A stretch of 63,967 bases of DNA, the filler included, from Octopus bimaculoides (taxonomy: Eukaryota), in the NCBI RefSeq assembly GCF_001194135.2. It is 9 parts of 7 records of this genome, joined end to end, with 100 filler letters (N's around TTAATTAATTAA, not from the genome) between each part and the next. Parts side by side here need not be neighbours in the genome. Positions count along the whole stretch, not along the records: positions 36,299 to 44,451 come from NC_069000.1; positions 44,552 to 50,539 come from NC_068983.1; 7 more parts are not named here. The stretch is one strand, 5' to 3'. The notes under the pieces were generated by a model. That model was not told where the DNA came from and did no database searches. It was given only the letters and a program-made list of their open reading frames with translations. The position numbers and the translations under genes are program-made. Position 1 is the stretch's first letter. Every line of letters starts with the position of its first letter. Below, in pieces: positions 37,847-50,639 of the stretch.

Positions 37847-40204
37847 AGAGATAAGCGTCGGCTACAGAAGTATTTTCATATCAGTGATTAAATACCAACG
37901 GATCAATCTGAAAATAAGATGACGAAAATAGTAAATGATAAATGTACAAGTGATATGCTGATTGTCTTCAAAGTTTGTTGAACTTTACTTCAAAATATGA
38001 TACACCATGAATCCCCACATTGGATAGGGTTTAGAGATCTGATATAAAGAAACTAGCAAATCATCAGGTCGATTGAATACAAGTACAAATAAACGAATTG
38101 TAACATGAAAAAGCCAGCGGATCATCTGTAGAAATAATAACCTTAAAATTTGATGTTCTTTATCCCATTTAATGAACGTATTAATCTAATGTTCGTACAC
38201 ACCAGCTTTTGATTACCACGGGTATGTACATTATCTAAATAATGCATTGGTGACGAAAATATAACATGACTGACACTCCTCGAATGAACATTTCTTTAGA
38301 AAACCTTAAAAATTAAGCACAAAATGAACGTTCTTCGTTATGTTTTTCATTAATCATATTTGTGTATAACAAAATTATGAATATCAGGATTTATTAAATA
38401 ACCCAAGCATTAATAGGAATTTTCTAAAGTCCTAAATTATATTTTGCAAATCCAGACTCTACAACAGTAATTCTAAAGAATGTTGAATCCATAGTAGTCA
38501 AAGGATTAAACTATAGCATCTTTAGATGTATATCTCATTTTTTTTTCTTAATTTTAAACTTGGCAACATATAAAAAACATCGTTGGTTTCGTTTTATTAT
38601 TCGTTCATGAGTGGGAAATTCTGGCACCCAGCTCGTAGATATCTTTCAAAATATTTTAGATTTTAAATTCTACTGGCCATTACATATTCATGATTTTGAA
38701 TATAGCAACTTTAGATTTTAAAATTCAGAAAAGATAATATAGAAATGAAACTGCGTCCTTAGAGTTATAATTCACACTTGTGTAAAAATAAATTATGAAT
38801 AACAGGTTTTTCAAATCAATCGTGCATGAAAATTGATTTGTTGAGGGTTTGAATTAGATTTTTATAGTCTATGGAGCACGAGATCTCAGTTAACGGCTCA
38901 GCCACAGTTTGCGAATCACTGTCTTAACAACTTAGACAAGCATTCGGCAAAAACAACACGAGTAATAATTCAAACAGTAAGGACAATCTCAGCAACAGTA
39001 ACAACAATTGCCATGACGAAACCCCCCCGAAACTATAACTGTCGCAACAGGAATAACAAACACAACTACAAATCACACCCAGAATAACTTCAAATATAAG
39101 AACCAGAACAACAAACGCCACAACAACAACCACCGCCAACACATCACAACCACACTAGAAACGTAACAACTGCAACCAAACCAACAACCCAAGCAGTTTC
39201 ATTTCAACTTCAAAAATCACAATAGCGAAGTCTACAACAGCAACCAAAATAATCTCAAAAACAACAGCTACAACACCATCAACCATAACAAGCTTTGTGC
39301 ATCAATAACACCATCAAGTCTCTATTATTATAATAACCGATGGTGTAATAAAGTCACTAACATTCTGCTGTAACGGACAACACATATGGAGAACTATTTT
39401 TGTACGTACACTGACTGAGTTAATTATTAACGCACAGCTTTGTATATATTACATTAACATAGACATACAATATCGGTATAAATGGCGGCTGAAATGCAAT
39501 ATAGACTCGTCCTGCAAGCTAGGATCCTCACATGTAAACAGTAATTGTAATATAAGCTTGTAGAGGTACTTCAACATGTTCACTCGATCTGCGAGAAATA
39601 GCAGCTATATCTCACTCAAATTGCACAGCGGGCCTTAATTCTTTTAATATCATAGGGTATTAGTGTTCAAAGTTAAATATTACAGATGCATATCACATAG
39701 GTGCTATTTTAGAAACATTATTTTAAAAATAAAAGAATGTCGGAAATTCTAGGTTGTCCTTTTCATTAATCATATTTGTGAATAACACAAGTATGAATAA
39801 TTTATAAGAATTTTCCGAAAGCTTTTAATCATATTTTCCAACTCCTTCTCTACTGCAGTAATTCTAAATAATGCTGAATCCATGGCTGAGAGGGGATCAA
39901 ACTAAAGTAAATCCCGATCCATGTCTCAGATTTTTGTTTTAAAAAAGCGAAAAAAAAATAGTTTATTTAATTCTATTACTTATAATTTTGCAAAACAATA
40001 TTCTCGTGTAAACCACTGATGTGTTCTTTAGAAAAACTTATTTAAATTTCAAAAATTCAGAGTAAAATGATACCGAAAAAAACATGTAGTTAATTTTATT
40101 ATTGATAAATACCGAACCGATCTGTTTCACTAAGGAATTGACTGAAGGGAACTGCATTTGTATTTCTTCTTTTTTTGTGGTTGGGGAGGGGCATAGGGGC
40201 AGAT

Positions 40205-40350
40205 GTAACTGTGGTAAGAAGCTTGCTTCTCAGCTACAAGGTCACGGGTTCAATCCCACTGCGTAGTACATTCAATGAGTGTCTTGTACTATACGCTTGC
40301 GTCGACCAAAGCTCTGTGAATGGAATTCGTAGACAGAAGAAGCCCGCGGT
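40205..40350 (+). mobile_element. SINE family A 5' half
   Basis: ctgtggtaagaagcttgc...ggttcaatcccactgcg. Confidence 0.75.
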
Positions 40351-40354
40351 ATAA

Positions 40355-40404
<50 letters not shown>

Positions 40405-40585
40405 NNNNNNNNNNNNNNNNNNNNNNNNNNNNNNNNNNNTGCAACTATAACAGCTTTATACATTTTTATTTTTATTTCTACATTCATTCTCCAATTTCCC
40501 TATATACTCCTTATTTGCTTCCTTTCCCAAAATAATTCCTCATATTGAACTCTATTATTTCCCTCTATTTAACCATCTCACATCA

Positions 40586-40631
40586 TCTCTGATGAAGGGA
40601 TATCCCTAATATCCCAGAAACAGCTGTAAGA
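40586..40631 (+). ncRNA. Compact type I hammerhead motif, same family as the 24.3-24.6 kb pair
   Basis: tct CTGATGA a gggatat-cccta-atatccc a GAAA cagctG TA aga. Confidence 0.6.
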
Positions 40632-40699
40632 CCAACTTTCTCTTTATAAATATCCTGAAAAAATTCCACACCCTTGGCTTTGTTGTCTCATTTTATTTA

Positions 40700-40730
<31 letters not shown>

Positions 40731-41863
40731 CACACACACGCATACACACACACACACAGAGTCAAAGCTGGGGAACGCGACACATCCGTTTCCCTTTTTT
40801 CTCGTTGTTTACGTATTTCACTCGTTGTCCCCTCGTTTGTTTCCGTATTTCATGTTACTTGCACTGCTAGTGATGTCCTGTACCCATATATGCATGTGAC
40901 AGAATATATTTCAAGAATACTAAATCCAGAATAAAGCGGAAGTAGTCAAAATCGCAACTAAAGTCTATGTATGTATGTATGTATATATGTACGTATGAAT
41001 GTATGTATACGCACATACGTAAGCACGCTTTCAAGAGGAAGGAATTTACGTCTAGCCAGTAAAGAATTCTTCTAACATTCGTATGTTATTAAATACTTGC
41101 AGAAAATATTTGTATTTTCATTCAAATAATTAAGTTAGAAAACACTGAGCCGTGTTTAAATGTTTAAATTTAAACTTGAATTAACACGGCTTCCAGTATT
41201 TAAACAAGCGTGTAACCCACTAATGCGCATACAAATACATGGACATACATAGCAATAGTCTTACATATATGTGTATTAATCGTTTGAACATCGTATGCGT
41301 GTGACTGTGTTTGTGCGTATGTTTGTGTGTGTGTGCGTGCATGTGTGTGTTTTCGCTTGTGTTTGTAATGGAGAATAGATGAACATATAGTCACAAGAAT
41401 ATTTAATTTTATTTGTTGCTAAAAACAGAATTTTTGTAGTCAAAATTCTTTTAAAAATATATTTTGTAGATATTTGATTCACGATTGTATTGAATACTCC
41501 ATCGTATTTATATATAAATTTACTTTCTCCATGGAATGCATAACTTATACGAATATGTTTTATTTTCTTTCTTTTCGATCGATATGCGAAGATATTTGCT
41601 CACATATGTATGGAAAATTTCCAAAATTATGTTCTAAAGTTATATTGCAGGTATAAATACGAAAAGCAAATTAACTTGCAAAATTTCAACAATATATAAA
41701 AGATTGGGTAACACAAAGTTTGCTAAGCACAGCAAAACAAAATATTATACACTAGTAACCTAATAGACAAACAGACACATAGATAAATAAATTGATAAGA
41801 TAGATAGATAGACAGACAGGCAAACAGACAGACAGACAGACAGACAGAAAGACAGACAGACAG

Positions 41864-41901
<38 letters not shown>

Positions 41902-41970
41902 GAAGAGAGAGAGGGAGAGGAAGAGAGTGAGTGAGAGTGAGAGAGAGAAAGAGAGACAGACAGACAGACT

Positions 41971-42002
<32 letters not shown>

Positions 42003-42026
42003 CATACATACATACATACATACATA

Positions 42027-42512
42027 GAAAACTGGGTTTTCGAGGTGGTCATTAAGCTCTGTAGTAATTTTGGGAGCTGTACTTTTGTGATTCTTTCTAA
42101 CAATTCGCGTAAGAGTTCGATGGTCTCTATCTGAAAGTTTTGGTTTTCTTCCGGAGTCTTGGTCCGACGAAGTTTTCCCTCTTTCTCAAAGATTGACATT
42201 ACTTTCGAGACAGTACTTCTTGATACACCAAACATTTCGCCTATTTTCGTTACGCTAGCGCCTGCCATACGAGCACCAACAATATGACCTCTTTGAAAGT
42301 CCGATACTTCTGTCATTTTAATGAATTTTAATTACCTTCTTCTGATGATATCCGAAACGAAACATCAATTTTAGCAAAACATGTTAAGCAACACTAATAA
42401 TAATTCAATAATAAATCAACGTAAAAATAAACAAGCTTTTGACGGTTTTATAGATATTTCAAAATTATGATGCTATGATGCTAGGTGTTTCCATTATTTG
42501 GTCCAACCCCTG
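42027..42512 (-). mobile_element. Tc1 element 5' fragment
   Basis: TIR caggggttggaccaaataatgg with TA; MTEVSDFQRGHIVGARMAGASVTKIGEMFGVSRSTVSKV paired-like HTH. Confidence 0.9.
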
Positions 42513-42995
42513 TATATATCGATATACATACAGACAGACAACCTCACAGAGACTGACAGTGTATCGTGTTTTTCACTCAGATGGGCATTGCAATTAAGCG
42601 GAAATTCTGTTATATGGATTGGAATAAAATTATTTATTCAACATTAGTTCATTATTGATTCTTATAGCTCCGTCGCCTGAGGCTCATGGACGTTTAGCTC
42701 TGTGGATTGGTTCCTGTAGCTTAATTTTGAATAAGTAATGTTATTGACTTGGGGCTTTCGGCTAAGAACAGTATGTATGAATGTATGCGTGTATGCATGA
42801 AAGAGTGTGTGAATATAGGTGTGTACACTTGTATGTATTTATATACGTATGCATGTACGTATGCATGAGTGTGTGTATGTATGTAGTCTTGTATGTATGT
42901 ATGTATGTAGATATATGTAGGCATGTATGCATATGCTTACAAATGAATATATGTATAATACATGTATGCGAACCGTGTATACACATATATACATG

Positions 42996-43036
<41 letters not shown>

Positions 43037-43511
43037 NNNNNNNNNNNNNNNNNNNNNNNNNNNNNNNNNNNNNNNNNNNNNNNNNNNNNNNNNNNNNNNN
43101 NNNNNNNNNNNNNNNNNNNNNNNNNNNNNNNNNNNNNNNNNNNNNNNNNNNNNNNNNNNNNNNNNNNNNNNNNNNNNNNNNNNNNNNNNNNNNNNNNNNN
43201 NNNNNNNNNNNNNNNNNNNNNNNNNNNNNNNNNNNNNNNNNNNNNNNNNNNNNNNNNNNNNNNNNNNNNNNNNNNNNNNNNNNNNNNNNNNNNNNNNNNN
43301 NNNNNNNNNNNNNNNNNNNNNNNNNNNNNNNNNNNNNNNNNNNNNNNNNNNNNNNNNNNNNNNNNNNNNNNNNNNNNNNNNNNNNNNNNNNNNNNNNNNN
43401 NNNNNNNNNNNNNNNNNNNNNNNNNNNNNNNNNNNNNNNNNNNNNNNNNNNNNNNNNNNNNNNNNNNNNNNNNNNNNNNNNNNNNNNNNNNNNNNNNNNN
43501 NNNNNNNNNNN

Positions 43512-43552
<41 letters not shown>

Positions 43553-43819
43553 ATATAAACAGCACATACACTCATACACTAACACATATACATACATATA
43601 GATAGATAGATAGATAAGTGAATTCATATTGACGCACTGAGTAGCCACCCAAATCGATCAGAGAGTGAAACAAAGTCACACACTGTGTCTAACTAACTTA
43701 TTTATACATAAACAACCAAGTAATTAGCGACTGAAACTATTAGCAAATTGTGTGATAAACAAAATGTCTTTAAGAATGCGGACAGCAATTGCAGCGGACA
43801 GCAATTTTACTTCACTCAC

Positions 43820-44138
43820 CGTCGTCACAACGTTTAAGTTACTATCGTTAAATTACTTCTTCTTCTCCTTCTTCTTCTTCTTCTTCTTCTCCTCCTCCCC
43901 CTCCTCCTCCTTCTACCATTTTTATTGCTTTTTATTCTTCCGCGTTGTCGTCTTCATTTTCTCCGTCTTCAACTACCTTTTCCTCTTCTTTCCTTCTTCT
44001 TCTCCCCCGTTTCCCCCTCCTCCCTTTCCTTTTTCTGTTTCTTCCTCTCTGTTTTTCTTCTTTCTTCCTCTCTGTTTTTCTTCTTTCTTCTTGTGTCGGC
44101 TTTTCGTTCCTTTACCTTGTTTGCGTTTTGCCTTGTGC

Positions 44139-44175
<37 letters not shown>

Positions 44176-44260
44176 CGTGTATGTGTGTGTGAACGCGCGC
44201 GCGTTTCTTCTTTGCCGCCATCCGCACCTTCACCACCGTCTCATTCCTCATGTAACGTCT
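43820..44260 (-). promoter_or_regulatory. Possible promoter / non-coding first exon
   Basis: CpG cluster, ATGGCGGC (YY1-like), GA-rich leader, CG|GTGAGT donor at 43819-43814. Confidence 0.3.
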
Positions 44261-44847
44261 TTTGTGTACCTCATCTTTCTATGAAAAAAATATTATCGAT
44301 CGATTATCAAACAGAGGATTGTCTATGTTTTATATCAGCTAATGAAGCGAGTAAGTCATAACAACAACAAAAAGAAAAGAAAAGAAAAAATTGTATTCAG
44401 TTGATTGTGTCAGGTACGGCTGATTACATGTATTCCATTTTTTCCCCCTTTNNNNNNNNNNNNNNNNNNNNNNNNNNNNNNNNNNNNNNNNNNNNTTAAT
44501 TAATTAANNNNNNNNNNNNNNNNNNNNNNNNNNNNNNNNNNNNNNNNNNNNTATGTATGTATGTATGTATGTATGTATAAGTATATATCCATGTTTAAAT
44601 TTTTTTTCCTTTCTTATTTCACTTTTATGTATGAGATTTTTAAAAGATATGTTTATGTTTATTCTTTTATTTTTTTATTGTTTGACTTATATTTCACCAT
44701 TTTGTCAGACATTGAAAGCTGCTATGATTAAAGGAAACTCATGTCAACAGCAATTGTTTTTCCCATACATTTTTTTTTCTCTTTGTATGCATCTGAAAGA
44801 TGTAAACATTCCATATACATCTACACACATAATCACACAAACACACA

Positions 44848-44882
<35 letters not shown>

Positions 44883-45529
44883 GCAGTCGCACACACACAG
44901 AGTCGCACACACACACACACACACACACACATTTACATAATTGAACATATACATTAACACACACACACACATACACACATAAACAAATATATATACATAT
45001 ATACACACATGATAGCATATGGTTGCAAGCATTTTGATTAAAAAATAAAATATAAACTGTTAGTCTGTCAGTTCTGATTATTGATCATGATGATGATAAT
45101 GGTGAATTATCTAGGCTGATGTATGGCAGATCTTTTTTATTACATGATATAAAAATACACATACCAAAAAGAAAACAAAAAAAAAACAAAAAGTATGTCT
45201 AGACATTACTGATTAGTTTTTTTATCCATCTTCGAAAGCACATATTTGGACACATTGTCAGTGTCGTTACTGGACCCACTGTGAGTTTTAGGTTTTGCAA
45301 CATCCAGCTAACCTGACCTGTTTTTTGATATAAGAAACAAAATGTGTTTTTACATTACTTCTCAGACTGTTCAAATATTATTGCTCAAATACTGATGTCC
45401 AAAGTTTGAACTCGGAAGATAAAGGCAATGTTAGTGAACACTGCAGAACATTGAGTGCTGGGTGGGTTCTAAAGGGGATTCAGTTCATTTGTGATTGCAT
45501 GATTGGATGGCCCAAATATTCATTTCAAA

Positions 45530-45735
45530 TTTTGGCACAAGGCCAGCAAGTTCATGGGGAGGAGCTAAGTTACTTACATTGACCTCAGTGCTCAACTGGC
45601 ATTTATTTTATTAACTCCAAAAAGATGAAAGGCAAAGTTGACCTTGGTAGAATTTGAACACAGAATGTAAAGACAGACAAAATGCTGCTAAGCATTTTCC
45701 CTGGTATGCTAATAATTCTGCCAGTTGCCACCTTA
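45530..45735 (-). mobile_element. SINE family B
   Basis: Colinear with 27428-27622. Confidence 0.8.
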
Positions 45736-45759
45736 AGGATGGCCCAAATATTGATAACA

Positions 45760-46290
45760 AAATAGTACTGTCCGAAACTAATATCCAAACATCATTGTTC
45801 AAAACCAGTGTCTCAGCATCACTGGTCAAGACTGAAATTCATATATCTCTGTCCAATACTAATGTCAAAGTATCAGTGTCTGAAACTGATGTCCAGGCAT
45901 CCTCGTCAAAACTGATGTTTAAATATTACTGTTTGAGACTGCTGTCCAAGCATCAGTGTCACTACTGCTATCCAAACATTGTTATCCAAAACTAGTGTCC
46001 TGACATAACTGGCCAGAACTGATGCCTATGCATCTCTTTCCAAAACTAATGTCCAAGTATCATTGTCCAAAATTGATATCCAAGGTTCACTGTCAAAACT
46101 GATATCCTAGCATCACTGTCAAAAATTGATGTCAAGACATAACTTTCTGACACTGATGTCCAAACATCATTGTTCAAAACAGATGTCCAAGGTTCACAGT
46201 TCAAAACTGATCTCCAAATAAAATATTACTTTCCAAAACAGATGTCCAAATACTACAGTCCCAACACCATTAACCAAATGTTTCTGCCCA
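45760..46290 (+). repeat. Degenerate 27-bp minisatellite (about 19-20 units)
   Basis: Consensus approximately CTGTCCAAAACTGATGTCCAAGCATCA. Confidence 0.8.
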
Positions 46291-46659
46291 AATCTGTTGT
46301 CCAAACAAATGGGCTAAATAGCTCTATGTGGATTACCACATGTAATATAGTGTACCACTTAATTAGAATTAAACTCAGAATAAAAACTGTGTCAATGAAG
46401 AGGTCTAATAAGATCAAAATACATGAGTTGTCATTGTATTTACCACAGATTTAACTGATTCTTCACTGCATGTTCCTATTCGGTGTTTTGTCAATTTTAA
46501 TTTCATAGTTGACTCATTCGCATTTCTTGGTAGGAATTGTTAGTAATGCAAATGATATTTTTTTTCATTATGGGGTGATTAAACGTTTATTTTTTTTTTT
46601 GTTCACTTCATGAATTATGTTAGTCTGCACTTAACTGTATGTTCTACACTGAAGAGGTC

Positions 46660-46925
46660 AACACTGACACTTGGGAAATGCAAGTGCAAGACCACTCTGT
46701 CTAGCAAAGCTGCACCAACAGACAGAACAGGATTGCAGAGACATGAAGAAGGCATAAATTGCACAATCCCAGAGCCAACTCCTCACCTTCAGTCCCAGCA
46801 GACCACTAATACCTGAGCTGTGGCAGAGCCTTCTGAGCCCACATTGGACTGATTGGCCACAGCCAGACACAGCATGCCCTATCTTCTCCCATGTGTTATC
46901 CTTGGTCATCATCAACAACAATGGC
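46660..46925 (+). mobile_element. RTE/BovB-like LINE 3' end fossil
   Basis: LSCGRAF*AHIGLIGHSQT resembles the C-terminal CGRxFxAxIGLxSHxR motif; short (CAA)n tail. Confidence 0.6.
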
Positions 46926-47399
46926 TGAACTACATATGTTTGTATATGTTCTACACACCAAAGGCATCCTAGGAAAAATTTGCCATTGTTGTTACTACCC
47001 AAACAGCGATGTTCAAATATTGTTGTTCAGACACCAATATCCAAATATTGATTTCTCACACAGACACAAGTCTCCATAAATTTTGGGGTGAAGAGAATAG
47101 ATAACTAAGTCAACCCCAGTACTTGCCTGGTATTTATTTTATTGCCTTCACTCATGGGGAAGGATGAAAGGTAAAAAATGCCTATTAATGAAATAGACAA
47201 AAGGAATGGTGAGAATGGGATTGTATCAAAAATATGGTTAATTGGGTGAGAAATAGTGATATATAATCATATATAGAGTGATGTTTGGTGGAAATTGTGT
47301 GCACGTGTGTGTGTGTTTGTGTGTACATGTGTGTGTGTGTCTGTGTGTGTGTGTCTGTGTGTGTGCATGTGTTCTTTATTTTAAAAAATTTTTCATCTC

Positions 47400-47782
47400 T
47401 AGTTTCATTCATTGGACTGTGGCCATACTGGGGCACTGCCTTGAAGGCTTTAGTTAAACAAATCAGCCTCAGTACTTATACTTATTTGTTAATCTGGTAC
47501 TTATTCTATTGGTATCTTTTGATGAACTGATTAGTTAAAGCAAACCAACACTGGTTGTTAAGCAGTAGTGAGAGACAAAGCCAAAAGACACACACAAACA
47601 CAAACACACACACACACACACACACATGAAGGGCTTCCCACAGTTTCCATCCACCAAATTCACTCAAGGTATTGGTCAGCCCAGAACCATAGAAGATGCC
47701 TACCCAAGTGCTGCATAGTGGGACTAAATCTAAATCAACAGGGCTGCAAAGTGAGCTTCTTAACTACACAACCTTGCCTGCG
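47400..47782 (-). mobile_element. SINE family A, full, diverged
   Basis: Colinear match. Confidence 0.8.
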
Positions 47783-48214
47783 ACTATGGTGGGAGGAGTT
47801 TAATATTCATGTGATTTCAGGAATTATTTTTAACAGTTTATGGAATTATGAAAATAAAACTCTTAAAATTTGTAGATAAAGATTCCCTTTAGGAATGGAT
47901 AACTAGGAAAAAGTGTGACAAAGTGGTATTTGAAAGATAATATTGAGCTATTTTAGTATAATGTGTATAAACAATTATTTTATTTTAAAAAGATTTTAAT
48001 TTTAGCAATAAAGTCATAAAAGTTCAAACTATTTATAGTGTGATAAGTCAGTTTTCTTTTGTAAAAAGTTGAATTTAAATTAATATTCAATCAATATTGA
48101 TATTTAAACTAATTAACTGCATGACTTACATGTGTAATAGGGATTTATTTAAACACTAGTGAAGTTTAATCCCCCTATTACTAATGACATGAAAGAAATT
48201 AATTTACCTAAATT

Positions 48215-48740
48215 GGTGCTGCAGGTACAGCTGTATGGTCAAGAAGTTTCTTTCCCAACTGTATGTGATATCTTGGGCAAGTGTCTTCTACTATTGTTTC
48301 TGGCTGACGAAAGGCTTGTGAGTGGATTTGAAAATTGGAAACTGATGAAAGTGAAAGATCATCAACTACAGATGCCTGCATGCATGTGTGTGTGTGTGAG
48401 TGAGTGTGTGTTTGTGTGTGTGTGTGTGTGTGGGGGGGGGTGGTTAAAAAGCTTGCTTCCCAACCACATGGTTCTGGGTTCAGTCCTACTGTATGGCAAC
48501 TTATGTGTGATTCTGTCTTCTTGTTTTGACATGGTTTTAAGAAAGTATCAGTGTCATAGTAGTGGAGTCCTTCCTTTCCAATCATCTGTGTAAACATGTC
48601 CATCCATGAGGAGGTATTATCTTGATTGGAAACAGGTGAGTGTTGGTGACAGGAAAGGCATGCAACTGTAGAAAATCTGCCTCAAATTTTATCTGATCCG
48701 TATAAAAGCAATGATGATGACAACAATGACAGTGATGATG
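48215..48740 (+). mobile_element. Two SINE A heads; the second has a ggaa(a/g)ggcat...gatgat RTE-type tail
   Basis: Motif matches to 24700-24975. Confidence 0.65.
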
Positions 48741-49114
48741 TGTATGAATGGAAAAAACTTTAACCAAGGTTGGAAAGTAATTAAAATATATATATATTGT
48801 GTAACAGACAAATGGACACTGTAAAAAGAAAACTATTTTTGGCTGTTATCATATCTTTGGAATCAACAGCATAGTACCATGCTACGTGTATATGCAGATA
48901 ATATAGAAAAGTAAAATTAGATCGGTAAGATATGACCAAATTTATGATTGAGATTGTTAATTCTATTAAATATATTGAAAATTATTCTCTAGAAAGTTTT
49001 AAATTATTGGTAAATGAAATGAAAATAAGCTTTGTTTTGACTGAGAATATTTTAAATATATTAGGAGTAACTGAATATGGTGTCATTTATAAATAAATAA
49101 ATAAGTAAATACTT

Positions 49115-49527
49115 AGGTGCAGGAGTGGCTGTGTGGTAAGAAACTTGCTTACCAACCACATGCTTCCAGGTTCAGTCCCACTGCGTGGCACCTTGGGCAA
49201 GTGTCTTCTACTATAGCATCAGGCTGACCAAAGCCTTGTGAGGGGATTTGGTTGACAGAAACTGAAAGAAGCCCATCTTATATATGTATATATATGTATG
49301 TGTGTGTTTGTGTGTCTGTGTTTGTTCCCCCAACATTGCTTGACAACCGATGCTGGTGTGTTTACGTCCCCGTAACTTAGCGGTTCAGCAAAAAAGATCC
49401 AATAGAATAAGTACTAGGCTTACAAAGAATAAGTCTTGGGGTCGATTTGCTCGACGAAAAGTGGTGCTTCGGTATGGCCGCAGTCAAATGACTGAAACAA
49501 GTGAAAGAGTAAACAGTAAAGAGTAAA
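49115..49527 (+). mobile_element. SINE family A, full length
   Basis: All modules present. Confidence 0.92.
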
Positions 49528-49769
49528 GTAATATAAATAGATAAAATAAAATTAAAAGTAAAAATATCCCCTCCCCATGTGTATGTAGAAACCGGGCTCA
49601 GATGTAATCTTTTGAGTGATTACACATACAAATATACGGACACAATTTGAGGGGATAAATTTAAAAGAGCAGTGACTCTTGTAATTGCAACTAATAAACT
49701 TTTAGTCTAAGATGCACAAAGAGATAACCCTATCTACAGTTTGAGGTAACATTCTTCACTACAAAATAT

Positions 49770-49940
49770 GGTTGGCTGTGTGGTAAGTAGCTTGCTTACT
49801 AACTACATGATTCCGGGTTCAGTCCCACTGCGTGGCACCTTGGGCAAGTGTCTCCTACTATAGCCTCGGGCTGACCAAAGCCTTGTGAGTGGATTTGGTA
49901 GACAAACTGAAAGAAGCCTGTTGTATATATGTATATATAT
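49770..49940 (+). mobile_element. SINE family A 5' half
   Basis: Near-consensus head ending in (TA)n. Confidence 0.9.
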
Positions 49941-50539
49941 TTCGAGCGAGACCATTGCCAGTGCCCCTGGACTGGCTCTTGTGCGGGGCTATTGTAGGAT
50001 TTTCGAGCGAGATCGTTGCTGGTTCTCCTGGACTGGCTCATGTGCGGGCGACACATGAAATCTTTCAAGTGAGATCGTTGCCGGTGCCCCTGGACTGGAT
50101 CTTGTGCGGGTGATACAAGAAAGTTTTCGAGCGAGACCGTTGCCAGTGCCACTGGACTGGCTCATGTGCGGGTGACACATGAAATCTTTCGAGTGAGATC
50201 GTTGCCGGTGCCCCTAGACTGGCTCATGTGCGGGCGACACATGAAATCTTTCGAGTGAGATCGTTGCCAGTGCCCCTGGACTGGATCTTGTGCGGGTGAC
50301 ACAAGAAATCTTTCGAGCGAGACCGTTGCCAGTGCCACTGGACTGGCTCTTGTGCGGGGCCGTTGTAAGATTTTCGAGTGAGATCGTTGCTGGTTCCCCT
50401 GGACTGGCTCATGTGCAGGCGACACATGAAATCTTTCGAGTGAGATCGTTGCCAGTGCCCCTGGACTGGATCTTGTGCGGGTGACACAAGAAATCTTTCG
50501 AGCGAGACCGTTGCCAGTGCCACTGGACTGGCTCTTGTG
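49941..50539 (+). repeat. 61-62-bp tandem array (about 10 units) from the RTE 3' UTR
   Basis: Unit ttcgagcgagaccgttgccagtgccactggactggctcatgtgcgggtgacacatgaaatct. Confidence 0.92.
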
Positions 50540-50639
50540 NNNNNNNNNNNNNNNNNNNNNNNNNNNNNNNNNNNNNNNNNNNNTTAATTAATTAANNNNN
50601 NNNNNNNNNNNNNNNNNNNNNNNNNNNNNNNNNNNNNNN

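Noticed and set aside
37565-37891. 108-aa hydrophobic ORF
   Set aside because: Extended by a (CTA/GTA)n microsatellite; no splice or homology support.
46649-46690. CTGAAGA...GAAA hammerhead-like core
   Set aside because: No NUH triplet or stem I; lies in an RTE fossil.
49115-49200. tRNA gene
   Set aside because: A/B boxes belong to SINE heads; no complete cloverleaf; runs into the SINE body.
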